A DNA stretch of 63,627 nt, filler included, from Sphacelaria rigidula (taxonomy: Eukaryota), in assembly GCA_964200075.2 (NCBI GenBank). It is 11 parts of 11 records of this genome, joined end to end, with 100 filler letters (N's around TTAATTAATTAA, not from the genome) between each part and the next. Parts side by side here need not be neighbours in the genome. Positions count along the whole stretch, not along the records: positions 34,763 to 40,455 come from CAXNAA020025201.1; positions 40,556 to 46,248 come from CAXNAA020025202.1; positions 46,349 to 52,041 come from CAXNAA020025203.1; 8 more parts are not named here. One strand, given 5' to 3'. A program made the position numbers and the translations under genes. Position 1 is the first letter of the stretch. The number at the start of each line of letters is the position of its first letter. The notes beneath the pieces were generated by a model that saw only the letters and a list, made by a program, of their open reading frames with translations, did no database searches and was not told the origin of the DNA. Shown here in pieces: positions 35,685 through 46,912 of the stretch.

Positions 35685-38600
35685 ATGAGTTCTCGAATTT
35701 GCGTCGATGCAGAGTGCACATCAAGATCGTCTTACGGTGTAAATGGAAGCACGAAGGCGGAATTTTGCGCCGAGCACGCCAAAGCAGGGTTGGTCAACGT
35801 GACGAGCAAAGTGTGCGGCATTGACGCCTACTCCACACATTCGTCGTACAGCGTGATGGGCAGCGGAGATTCCGAATTCTGTGCGAAGCATGTCAAGGAG
35901 GGATTGGTCAACATCAAGAGCAGAGTATGCCTCAACGACAGCTGCTCCAGCGTGCTGTCGTATGGTGTGGTAGACAGCACAAATGCGGAATTATGTGCCA
36001 AGCATGCCAGGGAGGCGATGATCAACGTCAAGAGCAAAGTGTGCAGCAACGACGGCTGCTCCACACAGCCGTCATATGGCGTGGTGGGCAGCAAGAAAGC
36101 CGAGTACTGCGCCAAGCATGCCAGAGAGGGGATGGTCAACGTCACGAGCAAAGTGTGCAGCAACGACGGCTGCTCCACACAGCCGTCATATGGCGTAGTG
36201 GGCAGCAGGAAAGCCGAGTACTGCGCTAAGCATGCCAGAGAGGGGATGGTTCACGTCAAGAACAAATGTGGCGAAGAGGGCTGCTTCACGGCGCCGTCGT
36301 ACGGCGTGGTGGGCAGCAGAGAAGCCGAGTTCTGCGCTAAGCATGCCAGAGAGGGGATGGTCCATGTCAAAAGCAAAGTATGCGGCAACGAGGGCTGCTT
36401 CACGGCGGCGTCGTAAGGCGTGGTGGGCAGCAGAGAAGCCGAGTTCTGCGCCAAGCATGCCAGAGAGGGGATGGTCGATGTCAAAAGCAAAGTATGCTGC
36501 AACGAGGGCTGCTTTACGGCGCCGTCGTACGGCGTGTTGGGCAGCAGGAAAGCCGAGTACTGCGCCAAGCATGCCGGAGAGGGGATGATCAACGTCAAGA
36601 ACAAATGTGGCGAAGAGGGTTGCTTCACGGCGCCGTCGTACGGCGTGTTGGGCAGCAGAAAAGCCGAGTTCTGCGCCAAGCATGCCAGAGAGGGGGTGGT
36701 CAACGTCAAGAGCAAAGTATGCAGCAACGGCGGCTGCTCCAGCGTGCCGTCGTACGGCGTGTTGGGCAGCAAGAAAGCCGAGTTCTGCGCCAAGCATGCC
36801 AGAGAGGGAATGGTTCACGTCAGAAGTAAAGTGTGCAGCCACGACGGCTGCTTCACACAGCCGTCGTACGGCGTGTTGGGCAGCAAGAAAGCCGAGTTCT
36901 GCGCCAAGCATGCCAGAGAGGGAATGGTTCACGTCAGAAGTAAAGTGTGCAGCCACGACGGCTGCTTCACACAGCCGTCGTACGGCGTGGTGGGCAGCAA
37001 GAAAGCCGAGTTCTGCGCCAAGCATGCCAGAGAGGGGATGGTCAACGTCAGAAGTAAAGTGTGCAGCAACGACGGCTGCTTCACGGCGCCGTCGTACGGC
37101 GTGGTGGGCAGCAGGAAAGCCGAGTTCTGCGCCAAGCATGCCAGAGGGGGGATGGTCAACGTTAGGAACAAATGTGGCGAAGAGGGCTGCTTCACGGCGC
37201 CGTCGTACGGCGTGGTGGGCAGCAGAGAAGCCGAGTTCTGCGCCAAGCATGCCAGAGAGGGGATGGTCCATGTCAAAAGCAAAGTATGCTGCAACGAGGG
37301 CTGCTTCACGGCGGCGTCGTACGGCGTGGTGGGCAGCAGGAAAGCCGAGTTCTGCGCCAAGCATGCCACAGGGGGGATGGTCAACGTTAGGAACAAATGT
37401 GGCGAAGAGGGCTGCTTCACGGCGCCGTCGTACAGCGTGATGGGCAGCAGAAAGGCCGAGTTCTGCGCCAAGCATGCCAGAAAGGGGATGGTCAACGTCG
37501 AGAACAAATGTGGCGAAGAGGGTTGCTTCACGGCGCCGTCGTACGGCGTGGTGGGCAGCAGAAAGGCCGAGTTCTGCGCCAAGCATGCCAAAAAGGCGAT
37601 GGTCAACGTCAAGAGAAAATTGTGCACGAAGGACGGCTGCTACACACAGCCGTCGTACGGCGTAGTGGGCAGCGGGAAAGCCGAGTTCTGCGCTAAGCAT
37701 GCCAGAGAGGGGATGGTCGATGTCGAATGCAAAGTATGCTGCAACGAGGGCTGCTTTACGCCGGCGTCGTACGGTGTGGTGGGCAGCAGGAAAGCCGAGT
37801 CCTGTGCCAAGCATGCCACAGAGGGGATGGTCAACGTCTCGAGCAAAGTGTGCACGAAGGACGGCTGCTACACACAGCCGTCGTACGGCGTGGTGGGCAG
37901 CAGGAAAGCCGAGTTCTGTGTCAAGCATGCCAGAGAGGGGATGGTCCATGTCAAAAGCAAAGTATGCTGCAACGAGGGCTGCTTCACGGCGGCGTCGTAC
38001 GGCGTGGTGGGCAACAGAGAAGCCGAGTTCTGCGCCAAGCATGCCAGAGAGGGGATGGTCCATGTCAAAAGCAAGGTATGCTGCAACGAGGGCTGCTTTA
38101 CGCCGGCGTCGTACGGCGTGGTGGGCAGCAGGAAAGCCGAGTTCTGTGTCAAGCATGCCACAGAGGGGATGGCCAACGTCAAGAGCAAAGTGTGCAGCAA
38201 CGGGGGCTGCTCCAGCATGCTGTCGTACGGCGTAGTGGGCAGCAGAGAAGCCGAGTTCTGCGCCAAGCATGCCAGAGAGGGGATGGCCGTCGTCAAAACC
38301 AAAGTATACGGCAACGCGGGCTGCTCCAGCGTGCCGTCGTACGGCGTGGTGGGCAGCGGAGAAGCCGAATTCCGCGTCAGGCATGCCAGAGAGGGGATGG
38401 TTAAGATGAAGAGCAGGGTGTGTGGCACTGACGCCTACTCTACGGTGCAGTCGTACGGCGTGGTAGGCAGTAGAAAGGCCGAAGTGCGGGCCAAGCGTGC
38501 GAGGGAGGGGATGACCGATGTCAGGGACAAATTATGCGGTAACGACGGCTGCTCAAGAGTGCCGTCGTACGCCGCGGTGGGCAGCAGAGAGGACGAATTC

Positions 38601-39125
38601 TGCGCCAAGCATGCCAGAGTAGGGATGGTTGACGTTGAAAACAAAGTGTGCGGCAGCGACGGCTGCTCCAGCGTGCTGTCGTACGGTGTGGTAGGCAGTG
38701 CGAAAGTTGAATTCTGCTCTGACCGTCCAAGCAACTGCGCTGAATCTCTCCGGCGTGTACTTCCCAATAGTGCTACACTGAGCGTTGGGACACCACCGCC
38801 GGGGTTGGCACAATCCGCCGCCATGGTCCATGGAGATGTTGAAGAGATGAACGTCGGTGCCAAGGCGGAGCTGAAAGTCACCTCTGCTTCAGGTGTTGTA
38901 CATAGGAGGAGAGTTGCGGGGAGAATGTGGGCGGGAGCAGCGGCAGCTGCTGGTGTGTGCAGCGTGGGTGGGTCTAGCATTTCCATCGCTAGAAGTAGAA
39001 GGGCAAAGCGACCTCGTACGATGTCGGTGGCGTCGAGGCAGGCCGTTCCAGCGGATGCTATGGACACTAAACGGGATGGAGAAAGCGTTAAATTGGCGTT
39101 GGCAATTTCGAAAAGTTTTTCCTAG
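35685..39125 (+). CDS. EsV-1-7 cysteine-rich repeat protein (27 tandem repeats); one in-frame TAA at 36414-36416, possible pseudogene
   Basis: ORFs 35685-36416 and 36420-39125 share one frame. Consensus C-x3-GCFTxPSYGVVGSRKAEFCAKHAREGMVNVKSKV (C-x4-C-x16-C-x2-H; 38 or 37 aa) is the EsV-1-7 motif known from the Ectocarpus IMM family. No introns are evident. The C-terminal tail carries an NLS-like RSRRAKRPR. Confidence 0.9.
35700..38720 (+). repeat. Coding tandem repeat, 114/111-bp units
   Basis: 26 full units plus one truncated unit. Central units are nearly identical at the DNA level (GCCGAGTTCTGCGCCAAGCATGCCAGAGAGGGGATGGTC) and terminal units are diverged. Confidence 0.97.
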
Positions 39126-41836
39126 CATTGCGTTTTGTCGCGATGGGGTTCTTTCCCGGAGCAACCCGGCAAGGGTTGCCCGACAGGTCTTCTGTTGGAA
39201 CTGTTACTATCGGCACATGCGCCCGGACCTTATGTTGCTCTTATGTCTGCAGAAACAGGCCGAACTACAGAGAGAATAGCGTTCCACATATCATCCCTCG
39301 AGCAGTGTACACCAATGTCTTCCGGGATTGATGTAGATCTGGTGTTCGTGCCTGCGTTGTCGGCCTACTTTGTTTTCCACCACGTGTAGTCGGCGGAAGT
39401 CCGCAAAGGTAATTCTCATGGAGGCCTGGCCAAAACCCTTTTTTTTACGGTTCATCGACTGCACCGTCGATCACGTGTCCCCTAGAGAGCGGCGTATCTT
39501 GGGGGGTGGGAAGGTCATATTTTTCGTATCAGCGGTTGGGCCGTTGGTCATGCCTTCAACCCATGACGGGGCGAGTGAGAGGGGGCATACGCGAAATCCG
39601 AACGGCGTCTGTACTGCACATGTTCGTGAAACCAGGTACGGAGTTTTTGTTCGGAACGGGGGAATTGTCGTGATCTACATCACTATGGTCGAATCGTCAG
39701 AGACAGCCGTCACCGACCTGAAAGCCCGTGATCTGACAGGAACTTTGGTGCGGAAAGATTTTGAATCAACGTTGTGTACATTTTTGGCGGTATCTCATGG
39801 ACGGCGTCACCGATGCCACTCGTTTGCCGGACATGGCTGGAATTTGTATTAAAACAAGGATTTCATGATGTTGAGAGTAGAGCGTTGATAGAGAGTTGAT
39901 TGATTGATCGATTGTCGCACTTCAACTGAGAGTGAGTTATAACATTCGCTTCAACTCGACCATTTTTTTACTCCATGTATTCTTTTGTTCGCCGGTAACA
40001 CTGGCGTGTGCCTGCAGCTACCCGTCGATGCCCTACTCAGGGATATCAAGGGCTTCAGTGATAAACTACAAAAAGGGTAGCGGGCCTTGTGGAGAGTCGT
40101 TTCGGAACTGAAACAATCCATTCTTGGATTGGCCGCTCCTTGTCAATGCTATCTTCCACTCTCAATCTCACGGAAACATCGTTTGAAGCGATTCCAATTT
40201 TCAAATTGGTTGTTGTCTCAGGCTATTCCAGATTCGGCATTACATATGTGTGACAGAGAACACTCTCGTTATTTTCGGAAAACTTTTTAAAACGAGCAGA
40301 ACTTGAAAAAAACTGCTAAGCATGACCCCATTCCAATTTTCAAATTGGTTGTTGTCTCAGGCTATTCCAGATTCGGCTATATACAACAAATTGTGCGAAT
40401 TGAGGTTTAACTTCGAGATGAGGTTCAAGCCTAAAACAGTGCTTACCCCACATTTNNNNNNNNNNNNNNNNNNNNNNNNNNNNNNNNNNNNNNNNNNNNT
40501 TAATTAATTAANNNNNNNNNNNNNNNNNNNNNNNNNNNNNNNNNNNNNNNNNNNNGAACTGAAACGATTCATTCACTGATTGACCGCTTTTCACTCTCAA
40601 TCGTATCATCTACTCTCAATCTCACGAAAACACTGTTATATATCAAAAGGTAGCTCGGAGTCCAGAATAGATGGGATGGCAAGACACGACTACACGCACT
40701 ACAGCACGAAATCTATCGTCTAATACAGTATACGCAATCGTGTATACTTTATGCAGCACACTTTTTGACAGTGTTATCTCTTGTCCAGGTTGTGCTAATA
40801 TTCAACATCCGCGGTACCCGCACCGCCGACCACAGACCGCCTCGCCGATATTTCGCACTGGTCGGGATCTTGAGGGAACTGGTGGTCGGGTATCGTTTGT
40901 CGGTATGGCGTAGGCTTGAAGATCTGTTCCGTCACTGTCCCAATTAAGGGTGTACTACTCCGTCATTTTACCGAACTTTCTTCGACCAAAGGTGACAACC
41001 CCAGTCATTGCAGCAGCGCGCTGGAGGGGGAGAATTAGGAGTACTCACCAGGAGAAAAACAGTGGAAATAAGTAGAAAAAAGAAGAGGAAACGGGTTTGA
41101 ATTTGTGCCAGCCTGCTCAGTTTCGTGCGCTCGGAGAAAATGCGAATTCCTTCCCAACCTCCACCCTCGCGAACGAACCCCACGGGTAGCGCGGAAGTTT
41201 CCAAACTCTGCATTACCTACGGTGCCTACGTCACATCTACACAGTCTACAATGCACGGTTGCAAGAAGTCAACAAACTGACCTGCATGCATGTGCCATAC
41301 CCGCCAAAAGCGGATCACATCCCATCGGGGCAAGGGATGAGGGAAGGGGCGAAGCTGCGCACGCGAAGACTCGATGTGATTAAAAAAAAAGCACTTGCAG
41401 AAATAAAAATAGAAAATATCCTGATGGGAAAATAATGGTACCGGGTCAAAGAAATCTCACTGAGTTTTGTTGTTTTCTTCCTCCTCTCATTTCGCTTCCC
41501 CCTCCCCGGACGACGTGCCGGGATCGCCTTTTCGATCGGTACGAAACCGAAAGTGCTCCCCGCCCTTGATGAACTATAAACCATTTTTTCACAGAAAGCT
41601 CGCCGAGCGAAAATCCCAAGTCGTCCGTGTTTCGCGCGGAACTATCATCCAACACCCTTCGATTGCTGTGCCCTTCGAATGCAGTCGAGAATCGCCGATG
41701 AAACATTTACTCTCTAGGAATGGACCAATGACACACATGGAACAAATCTGGAGAACCGAAGGCCAAAATCTTTCGTCACTCGGAGAGAACCAAGACCCCA
41801 ACACCTACGCTCCCGTACTAGTCATGGACCGAAATC

Positions 41837-43052
41837 TCAAGTATTCGGAGAGACGGTGCCGTCAGCACCCACGATCCAATCCCCCGGTTCGTTGATCTCG
41901 ATGACCTTGGTCTCTCGCTTTTCAACCAGGTAGCCCCTAACCCTGTTAACACAAGCAGGTGAGGGTTGGCGGTTTTCTAAACAGGTTGCCCGCAGGAACA
42001 CGAAGCGGAGCGAGCAGCCAGTGCACACAAAGGGTTGATTTCAATGCATATAAGAACACACAACGTTTTGACCCCCCAAGAGGAACACACAACACTCGAT
42101 GGGTGCTTGCTATCTGGGGCGCGTCATCATATCTTCAATTGGTGGTTCGGCTATGCTAAAATAGGCGGTGGGGGATACCCATGCTTCACGCACCGCGACA
42201 CCCTGGTGGTCCAATGACACAGCTGACTCCATGAGGGCGGGAAAAGATGCGGGTTCGATTCCCGGTGGACGCATTTGGGGGCTATTCCCGAGAAGTATCT
42301 TATTTTTGCCGTCGAAAGTGTGACAGCACGGGTAGCAAAAACAAGTATTGGCAAGAGTCGACACGGCACGGAAGAGTTGATCCAATCCGCGATCCCAAAC
42401 TGCGAGGTGCGTACCAGGAGAGCAGTGAATGAATTCCTTGAATTCACATGAGCTTTTAGTTCATATGCGCGCATATGATTCGGCATAAAACAGTGTTCCG
42501 CGCATGACTCATGCGTTTTTTTTCTCTCTTCAAACGTATGTTTTTCGAGATTTCAGCATAACAAACGCGTAAAAACTGGGTCATACGCATAACTTGGCGC
42601 ACATAGCACTCCAACGAAATCATGCGCCCCCTGACCAGCAGCTATAATAGTACTGCCCACAGGTGCTCCATGTGGTGTTCGTGTTCGTGGATCTTTTTTC
42701 TAACCCCTTGACAGCGACCCCTCCGCAGATGGACTGAGTTGGACTATGCTACTTTTTGGGTTAAAAATCATTCATTTGGCACAACACAAAAACGCCTTTT
42801 TCATGAACATGTGGATATTTACCATCTATGTATTTTCCTCTTCTTTTCCTTCTTTCTTGTCTCAGATCGGCCATATATCTCTGTGCTTTGCTTGTGTTGA
42901 CTGTTTTATTACTTTTTTGTTACGACTCAGTCTGCTATGTCGTTCTGTTCGACCCCTTGTTCTTTTTCTTAGACCTTGTTTCAGTTTCGTTTCTCTTGGG
43001 TACGTCTATCACGAGACCACGGCTGGACCCCTGGGGGCTCAGTTAAAGTGCG

Positions 43053-43085
<33 letters not shown>

Positions 43086-46026
43086 TGTAGAAAATAGGAC
43101 CTGAGAACCCCCGACCAGATTTGACCCTGCAGTCAAATGCGTGCAGGCCGGTATACATGTGTGCCGATGTCTTCACTGGATACAACGGCAGGGGACAGTA
43201 TGAGTGTGCCATCGTTCTCCAGTGAACACAATTTACTGCATGCTGCTGACGCCTCTGCCTAGTGCTCAACAACAACACAACAGACAGTGCGAAGCTACAG
43301 GATGCTGGCAGCACCTGAGGGGTCAGGCAGGCGGCGTAGACCACGAGCAGAATAGAAAACAAGCTATTGCTACCCACAGGTACCCATGTAATCTATGGTT
43401 AATTTCCCATGACCAAATACATACGGTTGACTTGCTGAGCTCTTCGGCTTCTCTGCGGACAGACACCCCCCCCCCCCTAAAAACCCACACCCCCCCCGGC
43501 CACTGAAAACCCCTGGATGTCTCCGGACTGTCAGCCTGTGAAACTGTTCCGAGGCGACGCTCGCTGTCTGAGGGTTAACTTTGTTGCGGGTCTGATATCA
43601 GTTATTGTGCTGTATGTAGGTAGTTTACGTTGATTTGAAAGTGATGCGACAATAAATGTGCCATTCTTGGGGATTGCTCGTACTCCCGTCAGGAGAGAGC
43701 ATTGGATGATAGGATAGAATCAGCTGGAACTGAAATACAACCGAGACCGCAAGGAGAAGAATGCCACGGTTGGTTGTGGATGAAGGGGTAGCTTGCTGGG
43801 TCAGAGGCTAGAGTGTCATGCGGTACCATAATAAGCATAGAAACGTGACGTGCCATCCAGTGCGTACGTGTATGATAGATGCCGACGATGCCTGGTTGAC
43901 TTATTATGCAAGAGCTGGCATGTGAGTTGTAAGGGCAAAGTCCCGGAGAGTAACAGGTAACACTGCTGCAGAATCCAAGAAAGTAGTTGTGGCCTTCAAA
44001 ATCAATGAACGGAGAAAAGGAGCGAGCCCTTCTTCCAAGCAAACGTGAATCTCGAATCGTTCAACGTGTTGTCTTGTTTTCATGATGCTGGAAGGTACGT
44101 CCACGGGGGGTGCTGCCAGGAACGGTCACAACAAGGGCGCGAAAAAGGCGCATAGGGCGCATTATTCCACCGGAATATATCTATGAATCGGAAGTATTTT
44201 TTCTTTCAATCCACAGTTGCCGCCGCCGACCCGTGATCTAAAATAGTGAAGTCTGAATACCGGTGAGGGCGGAGTAGGGGAATCGATATCCAGCATACAC
44301 AATTCTGCACGTTCTTGCTTTGTAGGGAGTATCATAATGCTGGACGTGAAAGCACAAGAATATCAAACGCGAAAACAAAACTGGAGTCGAGGCGACACAG
44401 GAGTGCTGATTCAATCCGCGATACCAAGCGACAGGCATCTACAGGGGGAGAAAACGAGTCGATCCCCTGACACCACTGTACGGACTCGTCCCGAGAGGAA
44501 GGGATTGGATTTCTGAGGAGGAAATGAAAACCGTAAGGCAATGTACAAAAAGGGCGATACCCGCGTCTTCGGAATACAAACGGGCAACGCATTTCTCGGT
44601 TTGGGGCGGGGCGCTGGACGCGGGCTAAACACCTCGGAAAGACGTTCCAGCGCCTCAGCCCCGCGCGCAATAGTATCTGGGTAGCATGCCCGACCATCTT
44701 TTAATTCTTCACAGGTGCTTCTAATTTTAAGCTTTACTACGACGCAAAAAATGAGAGCCTGTGAGAGTACCCTTCTCGTTTACAAATCGGAAGGCTACAC
44801 CCTACCCTCCGCTAAAACGTATTCTCTCGCCCTCTTTCCTTCACGTGTGGACCGTACCGCCGGCTCCATAGAAAAAGACACGCCGACCAGTCACAACCAT
44901 ATGTATATATTTTATGAAATTGCACTCAACCGAAAAGGATCATGCCCAACGATCGAGAAAGAGTAACCTCCTGCTGGTTGGCCCGCAGACCCGCAAGATC
45001 CAACAATGCATCCAGGACGCGGACAGTCATGTGCCGAAGATCACAAAGATCCAACGAACATGTGTGAAAATCTTCCCGACGCACACACATGCCCGAATGG
45101 CCTCATGTGGCATCATGTGGAACATTAGAGCGTTGCGGGATCTGCGATTTGCCGTTGGATCTCTGTGACGTCCGGCACACCAGCGTCCGCACCCTGGATC
45201 CATCGTCAGATTTTCCGGGTCTGCGGGCCAACCAGCAGGGGCTACAATCTCTTGGTCGTTGGGTTTCGACCATCTTGGCGGGGTATAATTTCACAAAAAA
45301 ATGGATGAGGGTTGTGACTGTTCTGCGTATCTTCTGCGGAGCCGGAGGTACGATCACCACCTCACAGAGAGGGGTGAAGAAGGGTATGCATTTAGCCATT
45401 AAGGGATACACACATCAACAAAAAAGGGTGAGGGAAACAAATGATAGCAGAGAGTAGGGTGTATCCTCCTAGTTTGTATACAAAAAGGGTGCTCTCACAG
45501 GCTCTCCGTTTCCGCGTCGTAGTAGAACCTAATACCACGTGTGAAAGACTGAAACAATGATCAGGCATGCTGCCCAGATACCTCGTGCGTGGGGCTGAGG
45601 TGCTGGAACGTGTGCTCGAGGTGTTCTGCCCGCGTTCAACGCCGCGCCCCAAACCGAAAATGAGTTACCATTTTTGGTTTCAAAAACACGAGAGCATACC
45701 CTTTTTTGGTCATTGCCCAAAAAAAAGATACGCAATGGTTGAACCTGCGTAAATAGTACGATAGAACATGGCCTCAAAGCACACGCCATTAAGGTTACCG
45801 TTTCATCATGTTGAACAATCAACAATAAACTCATCCGTGGATACCTCACCTGTCCTCCTCTGTGACTTGGCTGGTGTCCTCGGGCAATGGGATCATAGCC
45901 CAGCCATCGTTGGACACCTTGAGTCCTCGCACGGTCACCCTCGCCCCCGCACCTGCCTTCAATGACAAAGCCCCGTCCAGCTCCACGCTTTCCAAATACA
46001 ATTCCTCGCCCTCGAGGATAAGGGTG
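41837..46026 (-). CDS. USP: UDP-sugar pyrophosphorylase, last two exons
   Basis: Exon 45850-46026 (TLILEGEELYLESVELDGALSLKAGAGARVTVRGLKVSNDGWAMIPLPEDTSQVTEED-R) joins in phase 2 to terminal exon 41837-41942 (VRGYLVEKRETKVIEINEPGDWIVGADGTVSPNT*). Matches, from recall, the plant USP C-terminus pattern ST-x-I-x-G...LDGAL...N-x-GW...EE-x-RIRG[FY]. Confidence 0.85.
42190..42425 (+). mobile_element. tRNA-derived SINE (second family), intronic
   Basis: A-box-like TGGTGGTCCAATG, B box GGGTTCGATTCCC, and body ending GATCCAATCCGCGATCCCAAACTGCGAGGTGCGTACCAGG. Related copies at ~44265-44450 (+) and ~56780-57008 (-). Confidence 0.7.
42826..43084 (+). mobile_element. RTE LINE 3'UTR with (CAAT)n tail, intronic
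   Basis: ...GAGACCACGGCTGGACCCCTGGGGGCTCAGTTAAAGTGCGACAATCAATCAATC...; reverse-complement homologue of 20951-21200. Confidence 0.85.
44550..45730. repeat. Inverted pair of ~260-bp diverged repeats enclosing ~600 bp (intronic)
   Basis: 44560-44815 (TTTGGGGCGGGGCGCTGGACGCGGGC..AACACCTCG...GCCTGTGAGAGTACCCTT...TACACCCTAC) is mirrored at 45445-45700. Confidence 0.7.
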
Positions 46027-46912
46027 CTGCACGTTGGGACGAAGGGGTAGCAGGGAAAAGGATCCAAACTCAGCATCGAGTATTCCTTTCTGAGGCTCCA
46101 TGTACATGCCGTTGAGTAGGCAAGATAACTATTCTTACCGTACCAAACTTGAGACACCGGGGGGGGGGGGGGGGGGGGCCTTTTTTGATAAGAGCGCCCT
46201 TCTCTTCACCCCCATGTCGGGCAAGAGGTATGGGGCCCTTTGTGTGGGNNNNNNNNNNNNNNNNNNNNNNNNNNNNNNNNNNNNNNNNNNNNTTAATTAA
46301 TTAANNNNNNNNNNNNNNNNNNNNNNNNNNNNNNNNNNNNNNNNNNNNAGAAGTAGCTCCCCTGAGTTCAACGGGGAGAGAAAAGAAAGAAAGAAAGAAA
46401 AAAAAAAGCAACAAACGCCAGATCTGTCAAAAGTGTACACCGCAAGAAAGGAAGAAAGAAGATAATAAAGGACAAAACAGGAAAACGACTGGTGACACAA
46501 GGAGATTAGTATGGCCACCATGTGAGGGTTCAACTCAATAACAAAAAACAACCGATATACACTATTAATGGGACCATATAAAGCGTGGACACCGAAATAA
46601 ATCCTTCACCCGCGCACTACACCCAATGTCACGACCGAAAGCTGGATGCGAAGAGCAAATGGAATAGTTAAACCTACATTTTACAGATAATGAAGAAGAT
46701 ACATACCAATTTCATCAGTGCCGAACTGTCAGCGAGGGAACAAGCAGACGTGGCCACGGGCCACACAAGCCAGTGCACACCCAACTTAATAACCTGCTCA
46801 ATACCAAGCTCAACTCCTCTCCGGATTGTGCTCCAAGTACTTTCAAGAGATCCACACCAGGGTGACGTAGTCAACTAGCCCGCACTACGTTCCGCAGCCA
46901 CCATCAGGTCGC

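Noticed and set aside
35828..39067. Long antisense and alternative-frame ORFs (e.g. 732 aa at 36186-38384) over the repeat array
   Set aside because: Shadows of a GC-rich, in-frame tandem coding repeat. Only the 35685 frame gives the conserved Cys/His motif.
35685..39125. Integrated phaeovirus (endogenous NCLDV) because of the EsV-1-7 motif
   Set aside because: No other viral genes or gene-dense flanks in this contig. The flanks carry host-type repeats, and the family is known to be expanded in brown algal nuclear genomes.
42190..42270. tRNA genes (also at ~16594 and ~56930-57008)
   Set aside because: A/B boxes are present but no convincing cloverleaf or acceptor stem, and each runs into a shared repeat body, so these are SINE heads.
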